64,000 bases of DNA from Pristiophorus japonicus (Eukaryota). The stretch lies in the NCBI RefSeq assembly GCF_044704955.1, contig NC_091978.1:40424001-40488000 (forward strand), given 5' to 3'. The notes beneath the pieces are model-generated. The model had not been told where the DNA came from. It saw nothing but the letters and a program-made list of their open reading frames with translations, and made no database searches. A program made the position numbers and the translations under genes. Positions 1-12,689 of this stretch are shown in pieces (positions within the stretch are counted from its first letter, which is position 1; the number at the start of each line of letters is the position of its first letter).

Positions 1-300
1 TGCTTTTAATTTAGTTAGTATAGTCCCATCACTAACATTACACAGATGCTAATTTGGGATTCCAAAATGACTACTAATTATTTGCTGTAATTACCTGCCA
101 TTATTGGCTGTGTGAGTGATTTAACCATGGATAATGTTTTGAAATTTTTAGAATAATTTATTTTCTATCTGATATTTTTTTTTAAATTAATTTTTGGCTC
201 TTGCAGGGGTCATGTTACTAATTTTGAATTTTTTCTTTGATGTCTCCAGTGAGTAACGAATGTGCACAAGTTCCCCTCCTCTTAATTCTCCATTAACAGT

Positions 301-977
301 GGGCCCAACCAAGTTTGCCCCTCCGCTTAGGTGCGCCGACTTTGTAGAAGAAAAACCATGCCTAAAACTTACCATGGTATTCTCCCCGCTGCTGGAATGT
401 TGCAGGCCCTTGGCGTAACTCACCAGAAGCAGTGGGGGGCGGAACCAGGCCCCGGCGCTGAAAACAGTGGCGGGACCTCTGCACATGTGCGCTAGAGTGC
501 GCGCGCATGTGCAGTAGCTCCTCGCAGCCCGAATCTCTGCGACGCTCTGCAGGCTGTGTGGGAGGGGCCTGAAGCACGCCGCCGTTAGCCCTGGCCGACC
601 TTCCCTTCACTTCCCTTCTCTTCCCTTCCGCCACCCCCCCCCCCCCCCCCCCCCGCCCCCGCCAACTATCTCTGGCTACCTGCACTGATTTCTTAGTTCA
701 CCGCAAGGTTTTTCTGTGCGGACACAAAGTGGCTACATACTCTGATCTAAGTTAGTTTGGAGTAACTTTTAGCTGTCTAAACTTGCTTAAATGACCAAAA
801 GTAAGTGGCTGGTAACGCCCCCTTTTGGAAAATAAAACCTAAAGTTTAAAAGAAACCTAACTGACTCACTTACATTGGAGCAAATTAAATGGGCAGAATT
901 GCGATTTTTAAGTTACTCCAAAAAAATCTAGTTGCGCCAAAAAAAAAACGGAGTAACTCCTGGGCAAACTTGAGCCC
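301..977. mobile_element. Non-autonomous TIR DNA transposon (MITE-like, probably PIF/Harbinger group)
   Basis: Left end GGGCCCAA(CCAA)GTTTGCCC and right end GGGCAAACTTGAGCCC are inverted repeats. Flanks are AGT/ATT. The body is CpG-rich with no transposase. The right ~250 bp align with the reverse complement of the left end of the 46649-48034 element. Confidence 0.75.
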
Positions 978-1338
978 ATTGTCTCTCCCTTACCATCCTA
1001 ACTGCTTGGTTCACCCTCGGGATGTATTATTGGCCTGTTCTTGATTTTCATGTTTTCGTTGTGGTGTCTTTCTCTTGCAAGCACACACTCACTCTGGTTC
1101 TCTAAATTTGTCTTCTATTGTTCTCATTGTTGCATCTACCACTTCAGCATTGCTTCCTTTTTACGTTGTGTAGGAACTGAGCCCCTGCATTGAGATCACT
1201 GCACCAGCACTGTTTCAGCTGACTTTCCATCTGATTAAAGCCATAGTTCTGCAATGTTAAGTTTGTTGAGAAGGAAGCAAACCTATAGGTTGGAAATTTA
1301 TTTTAATTGCATTTATTTACAGTACAAACAAGCTGTAA

Positions 1339-2101
1339 CAAGGCAGATTATTATCTGAATGGTGACAGATTATTAAAAGGGGCGGTGCAACGAGACCTGG
1401 GTGTCATGGTACATCAGTCATTGAAGGTAGGCATGCAGGTACAGCAGGCAGTAAAGAAAGCTAATGACATGCTGGCCTTCATAGTGAGGGGATTTGAGTA
1501 TAGGAGCAGGGCGGTCTTGCTGCAGCTGTACAGGTCTTTGGTGAGACCACATCTTGAGTATTGTATTCAGTTTTGGTCTCCTAACCTGAGGAAGGACATT
1601 CTTGCTATTGAGGGAGTTCAGCGAAGGTTCACCAGACTGATTCCCGGGATGGCAGGACTGACGTATGAAGAAAGGCTGGATCGACTCGGCTTATATTCAC
1701 TGGAATTTAGAAGAATGAGAGGAGATCTCATAGAAACATATAAAATTCTGACCGGATTGGACAGGTTAAATACAGGAATAATGTTCCCGGTGTTGGGAAA
1801 GTCTAGAACCCGGGGTCACTGTCTAAGGATAAGGGATAAGCCATTTAGGATCGAGATGAGGAGAAACTTCTTCACAGAGAATTGTGAACCTGTGGAATTC
1901 TCTACCAGAGAAAGTTGTTGTGGCCAGTTCATTAGATATATTCAAAGGGGAGTTAGATGTGGCCCTTATGGCTAAAGGGATCAAGAGGTATGGAGAGAAA
2001 GCAGGAATGGGGTACTGAAATTGCATGATCATATTGAATGGTGGTGCAGGCTCGAAGGGCCGAGTGGCCTACTCCCGCACCTATTTTCTATGTTTTTATG
2101 T
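1339..2101 (+). mobile_element. 5'-truncated CR1 LINE, family A ((TTTCTATG)n tail)
   Basis: ORF2 C-terminal motifs VRPHLEYC, RRMRGDLIE and RTRGH, followed by the 3'UTR and a CTATTTTCTATG tail. Confidence 0.9.
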
Positions 2102-2110
2102 AATATTTCT

Positions 2111-3271
2111 TGCAAAAGGCTTTTGACAAGGTCCCACACAAAAGATTGGTGCGCAAAATTAAAGCACATGATATTGGGGGTAATGTACTGACGTGGATGG
2201 AGAACTGGCAGACAGGAAGCAGAGAGTCGGGATAAATGGGTCCTTTTCAGAATGGCAAACAGTGACTAGTGGGGTACCGCAGGGCTCAGTGCTGGGACCC
2301 CGGCTATTTACAATATACATTAATGATTTGGATGAGGGAATTGAGTGTAATATCCAAGTTTGCAGATGATACTAAGCTGGGTGGCAGTGTGAGCTGTGAG
2401 GAGGACGCTAAAAGGCTGCAGGGTGACTTGGACAGGTTAGGTGAGTCGGCAAACGCGTGGCAGATGCAGTATAATGTGGATAAATGTGAGATTATCCACT
2501 TTGGTGGCAAAAACACGAAGGCAGAATATTATCTGAATGGCGGCAGATAAGGAAAAGGGGAAGTGCAGCGAGACCTGGGTTTCATGGTACATCAGTCATT
2601 GAAAGTGGGCACGCAGGTACAGCAGGCGGTGAAGAAGGCAAATGGTATGTTGGCCTTCATAGCTAGGGGATTTGTGTATAGGAGCAGAGAGGTCTTACTG
2701 CAGTTGTACAGGGCCTTGGTGAGGCCTCATCTGGAATATTGTGTTCAATTTAGGTCTCCTAATCTGAGGAAGGACATTCTTGCTATTGAGGGAGTGCAGC
2801 GAAGGTTCACCAGACTGATTCCAGGGATGGCTGGACTGTCATATGAGGAGAGACTGGATCGACTAGGCCAATATTCATTGGAATTTAGAAGGATGAGAGG
2901 GAATCTCATCAAAACATATAAAATTCTGACGGGACTGGACAGGTTAGATGCAGGAAGAATGTTTCCGATGTTTGGGGAAGTCCAGAATCAGGGGACATAG
3001 TCTAAGGATAAGGGGTAGGCCAGGACTGAGATGAGGAGAAACTTCTTTACTCAGAGTTGTTAAACTGTGAAATTCCCGACTGCAGAGAGTTGTTGATGCC
3101 AGTTCATTGGATATATTCAAGGGGGAGTTAGATATGGCCCTTACGGCTAAAGGGATCAAGGGGTATAGAGAGAAAGCAGGAAAAGGGTACTGAGGTGAAA
3201 GATCTTATTGAATGGTGGTGCAGGCTCGAAGGGCCAAATGGCCTACTCCTGCACCTATATTCTATATTTCT
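2111..3271 (+). mobile_element. 5'-truncated CR1 LINE, family A
   Basis: KAFDKVPH and [13 protein letters not shown] motifs with frameshifts and stops. Same 3'UTR and tail as the previous copy, in tandem with it. Confidence 0.9.
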
Positions 3272-3470
3272 AAAAACGGTGGTTTAAAAATGCAAGTATT
3301 CTTTCGGCTTATTGGTTGTGATCTGACATCATTCCTGCTTCATTTCACAATGGAGTGCCACTCTCATTGTTCTGTACAAACATTTAAACTTTTCAAGTTT
3401 CTTTTACTAGATCCCTTTTGTCATTTTCCACCTCTTCTCAGATCCTGCAGTGTTGTGGTACTTAAAACCC

Positions 3471-5130
3471 TCCATCATCATCATAGGCAGTCCCTCGAAA
3501 TTGTGAAAGACTTGCTTCCACTCTCAAAGTGAGTTCTCAGGTGACTGTACGGTCCAATATGGGAATTACAGTCTCTGTCACTGGTGGAACAGACAGTGGT
3601 TGAAGGAAAGGCTGGGTGGGTAGTCTGGTTTGCCGCATGCTCCTTCCGCTGCCTGCGTTTGGTTTCTGCATGCTCTTGGCGACAAGATTCGAGGTGCTCA
3701 GCGCCCTCCCGGATGCTCTTCCTCTACTTAGGGCGGTCTTGGGCCAGCAATTCCCAGGTGCCGGTGGGGTGTTGCACTTTATCAAGGAGGCTTGGAGGGT
3801 GTCCTGGAAACGTTTCCTCTGCCCACCTGGGGCTCGCTTGCCATGTAGGAGTTCCGAGTAGAGCGCTTGCTTTGGGAGTATTGTGTCAGGCATGTGGACG
3901 ATGTGGCTCACCCAACGGAGCTGGTCGAGTGTAGTCAGTGCTTCGATGCTGGGGATGTTGGCCTGATCAAGAACACTAACATTGGTGCGTCTATCCTCCC
4001 AGTCGATTTTCAGGATCTTGCGGAGGCAGCGCTGGTGGTACTTCTCCAGTGCTTTGAGGTGTCTACTGTATATTGTCCACATCTCTGAGCCATACAGGAG
4101 GGCGGGTATCACTACTGCCCTGCAGACCATAGCTTGCCACCAGATTTGAGATCCTGGTATTCAAACCCTCTCGTCCTGAGGCGACCGAAGGCTACGCAGG
4201 CACACTGGAGGCGGTGTTGGACCTTGTTGTCGATGTCTACCCTTGCTGATAGCAGGCTCCCAAGTTACGGGAAATGGTCCAAGTTGTCCAAGGCCGCGCC
4301 GTGGATTTTGATGACCTGGGGGGTGGTGCAGTGCTGTGAGGCAGTGTCAGGTTGGTGGCGGACCTTTGTCTTATAGATGTTTAGTGTAAGGTTCATGCTT
4401 TCGTACGCCTCGGTGAAGATGTTGACGATGGTTTGAAGTTCGGCCTCTGAATATGCGCAATGCAAGCATCGTCCGCGTACTGTAGTTCAATGACAGAGGA
4501 TGGGTTATCCTTCGATCTAACCTGGAGGTGACATAGGTTGAACAGGTTCCCATTGGTTCTATCGTTTCGTTCCACTCCAGCGGGGAGCTTGTTGAGAGTG
4601 AGATGGAGCATTGCATCGAGATCAAGAAGAGCGTTGTCGCGATGATGCAGCCCTGCTTGACCCCGGTCCTGATGTGGATTGGGTCTGCGGTGGATCCATT
4701 GGTCAGGATCACGGCTTGCATGTCGTCGTGGAGCTGGCGGAGGATGGTGACAAATTTTTTGGGGGCAGCCGAAATGAAGGAGGGCGCTCCATAGTCCCTC
4801 ACGGTTGACGGTGCCAAAGGCCTTTGTACGGTCAAAGAAGGCCATGTACAAGGGTTGGTGCTGTTCCCTGCATTTCTCTTGTAGTTGTCGCGCGGTGAAG
4901 ATCATGTCAGTTGTACCCTTTAGTGGACGGAATCCGCATTGTGACTCTGGGAGGAGCTCTTCAACCACAGGGAGAAGACGGTTGAGGAGGATTCTAGCAA
5001 TGACTTTCCCAGTGGCTGACAGCAGGGACGTTCGTCTATAGTTGCCGCAGTCGGACTTGTCCCCCTTGAAGATAGTCACAATTACGACATCTGAGATCTC
5101 CGGCATGCTGTCCTCCTTCCAGATAAGAGA
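3471..5130 (-). mobile_element. 5'-truncated RTE-clade (BovB/Expander-like) LINE
   Basis: Minus-strand ORFs carry LPESQCGFR, GVKQGC, ELQYADD, LLYGSE and IPSIEAL. (ATG)n tail reads catcatcatcat on the + strand. Confidence 0.9.
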
Positions 5131-6569
5131 AGATGCCACCATTGGAAGGTGCATTTATGACTTCCCTCCTTCTACACCTTCTACAAGCCCAAATTAGGAT
5201 CAATGGCAACATTATTTCCTTGGTCCCTCCCACAGCAGACTCAGATCTGATGTCATGAGAGACTATTGTCTGTCTTCATAACCTTTTCAAATGTTTTGAT
5301 TTCAAAGAAACATTGTGACTTTGCAGACAAATTTTCAACTTGTCCAGAATTTTTAGTGAATCGTGCGCTCTTTTTTTTTAAACTCTTGATTACCACAAGA
5401 ATTTCTTGCACTTTTCTATTCTGACATCATGTATGGTCATTCCACCCTTGCTACCCATTATATACATGCAACTGTTTTTTTTTAACTGTATCCTATTTCT
5501 ATGACCTTGGTTTCATCCGAAAGTCACGTCATTTCTGCCGTCGGAGCTAATGATTCAACATAAGGATGCTATGACAAGTAGTGACCAATGGTCAGTTGTG
5601 AGGAGAATATTATTTCAAGTCATCATTAGAAACCATAATATCGAGTCCGTTTGAGTGCTGAGGCATTGCATATTTATTCCCAATGGCTCATGTCAGTCTT
5701 TAAGAAGTGTGGTCATCTAATTGTTTTGACGGTGAAAGTTAGTAATAAACATTGCATTCCAGTTTTTGCTTGCTCCTAAAATTTTCACCAACTGTTTAAC
5801 CTGTTTCATCTACAATCTGGCGATGTTAAATGCATGGTGATTAGTTTTTCAATGGCTGAGCTGTTTCAGCACAATTCTTGCAGCTAACGGATCAATTACA
5901 ATAGATGTTTAGTTAGCCACAGTAATTATAGTTGATTCATCAATCACATGAAAGAATCCTGCTGAAACAATTCAGCAACTGCAAGACTAAACTCCATGTG
6001 CTGCAGCACAGCCACTTCCACGTGAAATGTTGACACAAAGAGGCAAAACAAAAGGGTTGCAGAGTGTGAGGTGTTGCAGTGAGAACATTTTACTCCAAGC
6101 TGAGCCTTTGGGATATGGCACAGATTCGAGGAACAATCCAAGAAGATTTTTCTGTGCATTGATGAAGTAGTACTGGAACATTGTCAGTCATAACCGAGAT
6201 CCCTTGCTTCATATACCGGCTAATGGAATATTCGACATATGTTTTCCACTTTACAGAAGCAGAATGAAAAACATTCCATGGAGATGATGTGCAACTGATT
6301 TGTTTTACATAAAATGGATGAATGAACAGACATTTTTCACAATCAGAACAACAAATTTCCTAGACTCTGTTATGGAAAAATAATGACATTGGAATTATAA
6401 ATTGTATCATAGATTCATTTTTATAGAATAGCTGTTCAAAGCTAGCTGGTCCAGAGTTCCTGTTGCTACATGTTAAGGCACAACGCACCCATTGTTTCTG
6501 TGTGCAAGAGGACAGACAGGCATCTCTGTTCCCTGACTTAAGTCTGTGTGACAGAGCTCTTTTTTTTAT

Positions 6570-6810
6570 GGGAGTAGTGTGATGAAGAGGGGCTGTGGGA
6601 TGGGGTGATAGCTGGATGTAGGGGTACTGCAGACAGAGTGTATGGACATGTTGTGAACGGGGGTTAAGGGGTCTCGGTATTTCGGGTTGTAGGATCTGGT
6701 ATTTATGGTGGGGACTGGATTTATGGTGGGGACTGGTATTTGTAGTATTTGGGGCTGGTGTGTAACAGTTTGAAGTCTGAGGAATCTGTTGTGGCGGGGG
6801 GTGGGGGAGG
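6570..6810. repeat. G/T-rich low-complexity tract with a short tandem duplication
   Basis: ATTTATGGTGGGGACTGG occurs twice in tandem at about 6701-6737 within a G-skewed region. Confidence 0.5.
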
Positions 6811-7765
6811 ACAAAGTGTTCTATTTTTTTCCCCCTTGGTGCACTTTTATGTTTTCTTGTCTTGGTCTATTTTTAAAAATCTTTGACTTGTTTATTGTAT
6901 GCTCTTTTCCTGTGTGACTATTTTTTTAACATTGCTTTTTCCATGTTTTTCTTCTGTTTTTAATTCAACTTATTACTTTTTTTGTCTCCTGGTAGAAATC
7001 TCATTGAGCGGGGGTGGGGGGGGGGGCGGTCGTGTGGGAATTCTGCAGGGTTGGCTGTGAATCACAAAGTGGGCTGAAGAAACCGATCGGGATCGGGAGG
7101 AGTCAGCGCCTCAGTTAGTATGCGCCCACATCAAAAGTGAAATGTATGACAATAAAACTTTGATACAGGTTTCCAAGAGCTGGTGGGGTGCAGCAGCGAT
7201 CATGTGGCAGGGACATTGAAGAGCAATACTTTCCTACTGGGCTCTGATAACTTCATTAAAATATTTCCCAAACATATTTAACCATAAAAAGAAAACATTG
7301 TGCCAATTTTTAGATGCTGGGGTGGAACAGAGATCATGCCGTGACACGAGAGCTATAAGAAAGAATGGGTCACGAGTCAATCGACGCCAAAGCTACCAGG
7401 CTTCATAAATTTTGTTAGTTATATATTTTTTTGAAAATTTTACAACAACTTGCAATTGTATGGTGTCTTTAATGTAGCAAAAAAAACAAGTAATAAGAGC
7501 CTCAATATATATAGATTGCTGAAGATTTCCTTAAAATTGCAAAATAAAATACCTAAGCAGCTGGGATTACTTGGGATTGTTGGTTGAGAAGAAAGCTGGC
7601 TGTACTTAAAGTAGATAAATCACCAGGATGTATCCAAGAATGCTGAGGGAAGTAAAGGTGGACATTGCAGAGTTACTGGCCATAATCTTCCAATCCTCCT
7701 TGGATACGAGGCTGGTGTCAGAGGAATTGCAAATGTTGCACCTTTGTTCAGTAGGGGTGTAGGGA

Positions 7766-9970
7766 TGAGGGCAGAGTTGGCTGAAGTAGACTGGAAACAC
7801 AGACTAAACGGTGGCACAATTGAGGAACAGTGAAGAACTTTTAAGGAGCTCTTTCATAGTGCTCAACAAAAATATATTCCAGTGAAAAAGAAGGGCGGTA
7901 AGAGAAGGGATAACCAGCCGTGGATAACCAAGGAAATAAAGGAGAGTATCAAATTAAAAACCAATGCGTATAAGGTGGCCAAGGTTAGTGGGAAACTAGA
8001 AGATTGGGAAAATTTTAAACGACAGCAAAGAATGACTAAGAAAACAATAAAGAAAGGAAAGATAGATTACGAAATTAAACTTGCGCAAAACATAAAAACA
8101 GATAGTAAAAGCTTTTACCGATATATAAAACGGAAGAGAGTGACTAAAGTAAATGTTGGTCCCTTAGAAGATGAGAAGGGGGATTTAATAATGGGAAATG
8201 TGGAAATGGCTGAGACCTTAAACAATTATTTTGCTTCGGTCTTCACAGTGGAAGACACAAAAACCATGCCAAAAATTGCTGGTCACAGGAATGTGGGAAG
8301 GGAGGACCTTGAGACAATCACTATCACTAGGGAGATAGTGCTGGACAGGCTAATGGGACTCAAGGTAGACAAGTCCCCTGGTCCTGATGAAATGCATCCC
8401 AGGGTATTAAAAGAGATGGCGGAAGTTATAGCAGATGCATTCATTATAATCTACCAAAATTCTCTGGACTCTGGGGAGGTACCAGCGGATTGGAAAGCAG
8501 CTAATGTAACGCCTCTGTTTAAAAAAGGGGGCAGACAAAAGGCAGGTATCTATAGGCCGGTTAGTTTAACATCTGTAGTGGGGAAAATGCTTGAAGCTAT
8601 CATTAAGGAAGAAATCGTGGGACATCCAGATAGGAATAGTGCAATCAAGCAGTCGCAACATGGATTCATGAAGGGGAAATCATGTTTAACTAATTTACTG
8701 GAATTCTTTGAGGATATAACGAGCATGGTGGATAGAGGTGTACCGATGGATGTGGTGTATTTAGATTTCCAAAAGGCATTCGATAAGGTGCCACACAAAA
8801 AGTTACTGCAGAAGATAAAGGTACGTGGAGTCAGAGGAAATGTATTATCATGGATTGAGAATTGGCTGGCTAACAGAAAGCAGAGAGTCGGGATAAATGG
8901 GTCCTTTTCGGGTTGGAAATCGGTGGTTAGTGGTGTGCCACAGAGATCGGTCCTGGGACCACAACTGTTTACAATATACATAGATGACCTGGAAGAGGGG
9001 ACAGAGTGCAGTGCAACAAAATTTGCAGATGACACAAAGATTAGTGGGAAAGCGGGTTGTGTATAGGACACAGAGGCTGCAAAGAGATTTGGATAGGTTA
9101 AGCGAATGGGCGAAGGTTTGGCAGATGGAATACAATGTTGGAAAGTGTGAGGTCATCCACCTTGGGGGGGAAAAAAAAACAGTAAAAGAGAATACTATTT
9201 GAATGGGGAGAAATTACAACATGCTGCGGTGCAGAGGGACCTGGGGGTCCTTGTGCATGAAGAATCCCAAAAAATTAGTTTGCAGGTGCAGCAGGTAATC
9301 AGGAAGGCAAATGGAATGTTGGCCTTCATTGCGAGAGGAATGGAGTACAAAAGCAGGGAGGTCCTGCTGCAACTGTATAGGGTATTGGTGAGGCCGCACC
9401 TAGAGTCCTGCGTGCAGTTTTTGTCACCTTACTTAAGGAAGGAGATACTGGCTTTGGAGGGAGTACAGAGACAATTTAGTAGGCTGATTCCGGAGATGAG
9501 GGGGTTACCTTATGATAGATTGAGTAGACTGGATCTTTACTTGTTGGAGTTCAGAAGGATGAGGGGTGATCTTATAGAAACATTTAAAATAATGAAAGGG
9601 ATAGACAAGATCGAGGCAGAGAGGTTGTTTCCACTGGTTGGGGAGACTAGAACTAGGGGGCACAGCCTCAAAATACGGGGGAGCCAATTTAAAACCGAGT
9701 TGAGAAGGAATTTCTTCTCCCAGAGGGTTGTGAATCTGTGGAATTCTCTGCCCAAGGAAGCAGTTGAGGCTAGCTCATTGAATGTATTCAAATCACAGAT
9801 GGATAGATTTTTATCCAATAAGGGAATTAAGGTTTACGGGAAGCGGGCGGGTAAGCGGAGCTGAGTCCACGGCCAGATCAGCCATGATCTTGTTGAATGG
9901 CGGAGCAGGCTCGAGGGGCAAGATGGCCGACTCCTGTTCCTAATTCTTATGTTCTTCTGTTACGTTATGT
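7766..9970 (+). mobile_element. 5'-truncated CR1 LINE, family B ((TTCTTATG)n tail)
   Basis: ORF 7882-9066 has [27 protein letters not shown] and KFADD. ORF 9199-9864 is the C-terminus. Tail TTCTTATGTTCT. Confidence 0.92.
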
Positions 9971-10117
9971 AAACATAAACCCAGCAACTACAGGCCAGTC
10001 AGTTTAACCTCGGCAGTGGAGAAGCTTTTAGAAACGACAATCCGGCATAAAATTAAGTCACTTGGACAAGTGTGGATTAATTAAGGAAAGGCAGCATAGA
10101 TTTTTTTAAAGGCAAAT

Positions 10118-10265
10118 AGAAACATAGAAACATAGAAAATAGATGCAGGAGCCGGCCATTCGGCCCTTCGAGCCTGCACCAACATTCAATATGATCATGG
10201 CTGATCATGCACTTCAGTACCCCACTCCTGCCTTCTCTCCATACCCCCTGATCCCTTTAGCCGTA
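10118..10265 (-). mobile_element. CR1 family A 3' tail fragment
   Basis: (CATAGAAA)n followed by the reverse complement of the family A 3'UTR. Confidence 0.85.
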
Positions 10266-10658
10266 ATTTGATGAACTTGATTGTGTTTTTGGTGAGGTAA
10301 CCGAGCGGATTGATGAAAGTAATGCAGTTGACGTGGTGTACATGGATTTCCAAAAGATGTTTAAGTGCCACATAATCGGCTTGCCAGCAAAGTTGAAGTC
10401 CATGGACTAAAAGGGGCAGTGGCAGCATGGATACAAAATTGTCGATGTGACCGGAAACAGAGTAGTAGTGAACGGTTGTTTTTCGGACTGGAGGAAGGTG
10501 TACCGTGGTGTTCCCCGACACGAGGACCACTGCTTTTCTTGATGTATGTTGATGACTTAGATTTGGGTGCACAGGGCACAATTTAAAGATTTTACAGATG
10601 ACACGAAACTTGGAATTATAGTTAACAGTGAGGAGGAGAGTGATAGACTTCAAGATAT

Positions 10659-11793
10659 TTGTGTGCAAAATTAAAGCACATGGTATTGGGGGTAATGTGT
10701 TGACATGGATAGAGAACTGGTTGGCAGATAGGAAGCAGAGAGTTGGGATAAACGGGTCCTTTTCAGAATGGCTAGTGGGATGCTGCAGGGTTCAGTGCTG
10801 GGACCCCAGCTATTTACAATATACATCAATGATTTAGATGAAGGAATTGAGTGCAATATCTCCAAGTTTGCAGATGACACTAAGCTGGGTGGCGGTGTGA
10901 GCTGTGAGAAGGATGCTAAGAGGCTGCAGGGTGACTTGGACAGGTTAGGTGAGTGGGCAAATACATGGCAGATGCAGTACACTGTAGATAAATGTGAGGT
11001 TATCCACTTTGATGGCAAAAACAGGAAGGCAGAATATTATCTGAATGGCGACAGATTAGGAAAAGGGGCGGTGTAACGAGGCTTAGGTGTCATGGTACAT
11101 CAGTCATTGAAAGTTGTCATGCAGGTACAGCAGGTGGTAAAGAAGGCAAATGGCATGTTGGCCTTCATAGCTAGGGGATTTGAGTATTGGAGCAGTGAGG
11201 TCTTGCTGCAGTTGTACAGGGCCTTGGTGAGGCCTCACCCGGAATGTTGTGTTCAGGTTTGGTCTCCTAATCTGAGGAAGGACGTTCTTGCTATTGAGGG
11301 AGTTCAACGAAGGTTTACCAGACTGATTCCCGGGATGGCAGGGCTGACATATGAGGAGAAACTGGATCGACTAGGCCTGTATTCACTGGAGTTTAGAAGA
11401 ATGAGGGGGGATCTCATAGAAACATATAAAATTCTGACGGGATTGGACAGGTTAGAGGCAGGAAGAATGTTCCCGATACTTGAAGTCCAGAACCAGGGGT
11501 CACAGTCGAAGGATAAGGAGTAAGCCATTTAGGACCGAGATGGGAAACTTCTTCACTGAGTTGTTGACCTGTGGAATTCCCAACCGCAGAGAGTTGTTGA
11601 TGCCAGTTCATTGGATATATTCAAGTGGGAGTTAGATATGGCCCTTATGGCTAAAGGGATCAAGGGGTATGGAGAGAAAGCAGGAAAGGGGTACTGAGGT
11701 GAATGATCAGCCATGATCTTATTGAATGGTGGTGCAGGCTCGAAGGGCTGAATGGCCTACTGCTGCACTTGTGTTTCTATGTTTCTGCATTTC
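10659..11793 (+). mobile_element. 5'-truncated CR1 LINE, family A
   Basis: QGSVLGP and KFADD motifs through the C-terminus and tail. Nested in the older CR1. Confidence 0.88.
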
Positions 11794-12478
11794 TAAGACG
11801 ACCTCGACAGGCTGGTGGAATGGGCGGACACGTGGCAGAGAAATTTAATGCGAAAAAGTGCAAAGTGATGCATTTTAGTAGGAAGAATGAGGAGAGGCAA
11901 CATGAACTAAAGGGTACAATTCTAAAGAGGGTGCATGAACAGAGAGAGACCTGGGGGGTATATGTGCACAAATCGTTGAAGTTGGCAGGGCAGGTTGAGA
12001 AGGCATATGGGATCCTGGGCTTCATAAATAAAGGCATAGAGTACAAAAGCAAAGACGTTATAATGAACTTTTATAAAATACTGTTTTGTTTTCAACTGGA
12101 GTATTGTCCAATTCTGAGCACTGCACTTCAGGAACGATGTGAAGGCCCTGGAGAAGGTGCAGAAAAGATTTACAAGAATGGCTTTAGGGATGAGGGACTT
12201 CAGTTACGTGGATAGACTGGAGAAGCTGAGGTTGTTCTCCTTCGAGTGGAGAAGGTTGGGCGGAGATTTGAAGAGGTGTTCAAAATCATGACGGGTCAAG
12301 ACAAAGTAGATAGAGAGAAACTGTTCCTATTGGCAGAAGGGTCAAGAACCAGAGGACACAGATTTAAGGTGATTGGCAGAAGAACCAAAGGCGACATGTG
12401 GAAAATACTTTTTTTTTTTACACAGTGGGTGGTTAGGATCTGGAATGCACTGCCTGAAAGGGTAGTGGAGGCAGATTC

Positions 12479-12689
12479 TGTTGTGTATCTGTAAAGCATG
12501 TACTCCCATGTTCCGCCACCAGGTAGCTCATCCCCTCAAGTCCCAAGGGATCCCAGCATCCCTTGGGAGCACTGTATATAAGCCGGCCCCTAAGGCCTGT
12601 TCCTCACTCTGAAGTGTCTTAATAAAGACTGAGGTCACTGTTACTTTAACCTCCCTGTGTGCAGCCTCATCTGTGTTAGGAACACAATA
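12479..12689 (+). mobile_element. Solo LTR (211 bp), Gypsy-type
   Basis: Termini TGTTGTGT...ACACAATA. 5-bp TSD GATTC at 12474-12478 and 12690-12694. Internal TATATAA and AATAAA. The CR1 3' end resumes exactly after the TSD. Confidence 0.88.

Noticed and set aside
6985-7330. Possible degraded TIR element end (GGTAGAAATC...G-run)
   Set aside because: No matching opposite terminus or TSD could be identified.
8550-9071. Recurrent antisense ORFs (also 16530-17453, 27493-28101, 32681-33193)
   Set aside because: Antisense shadows of the CR1 RT frame, repeated because the element is repeated.
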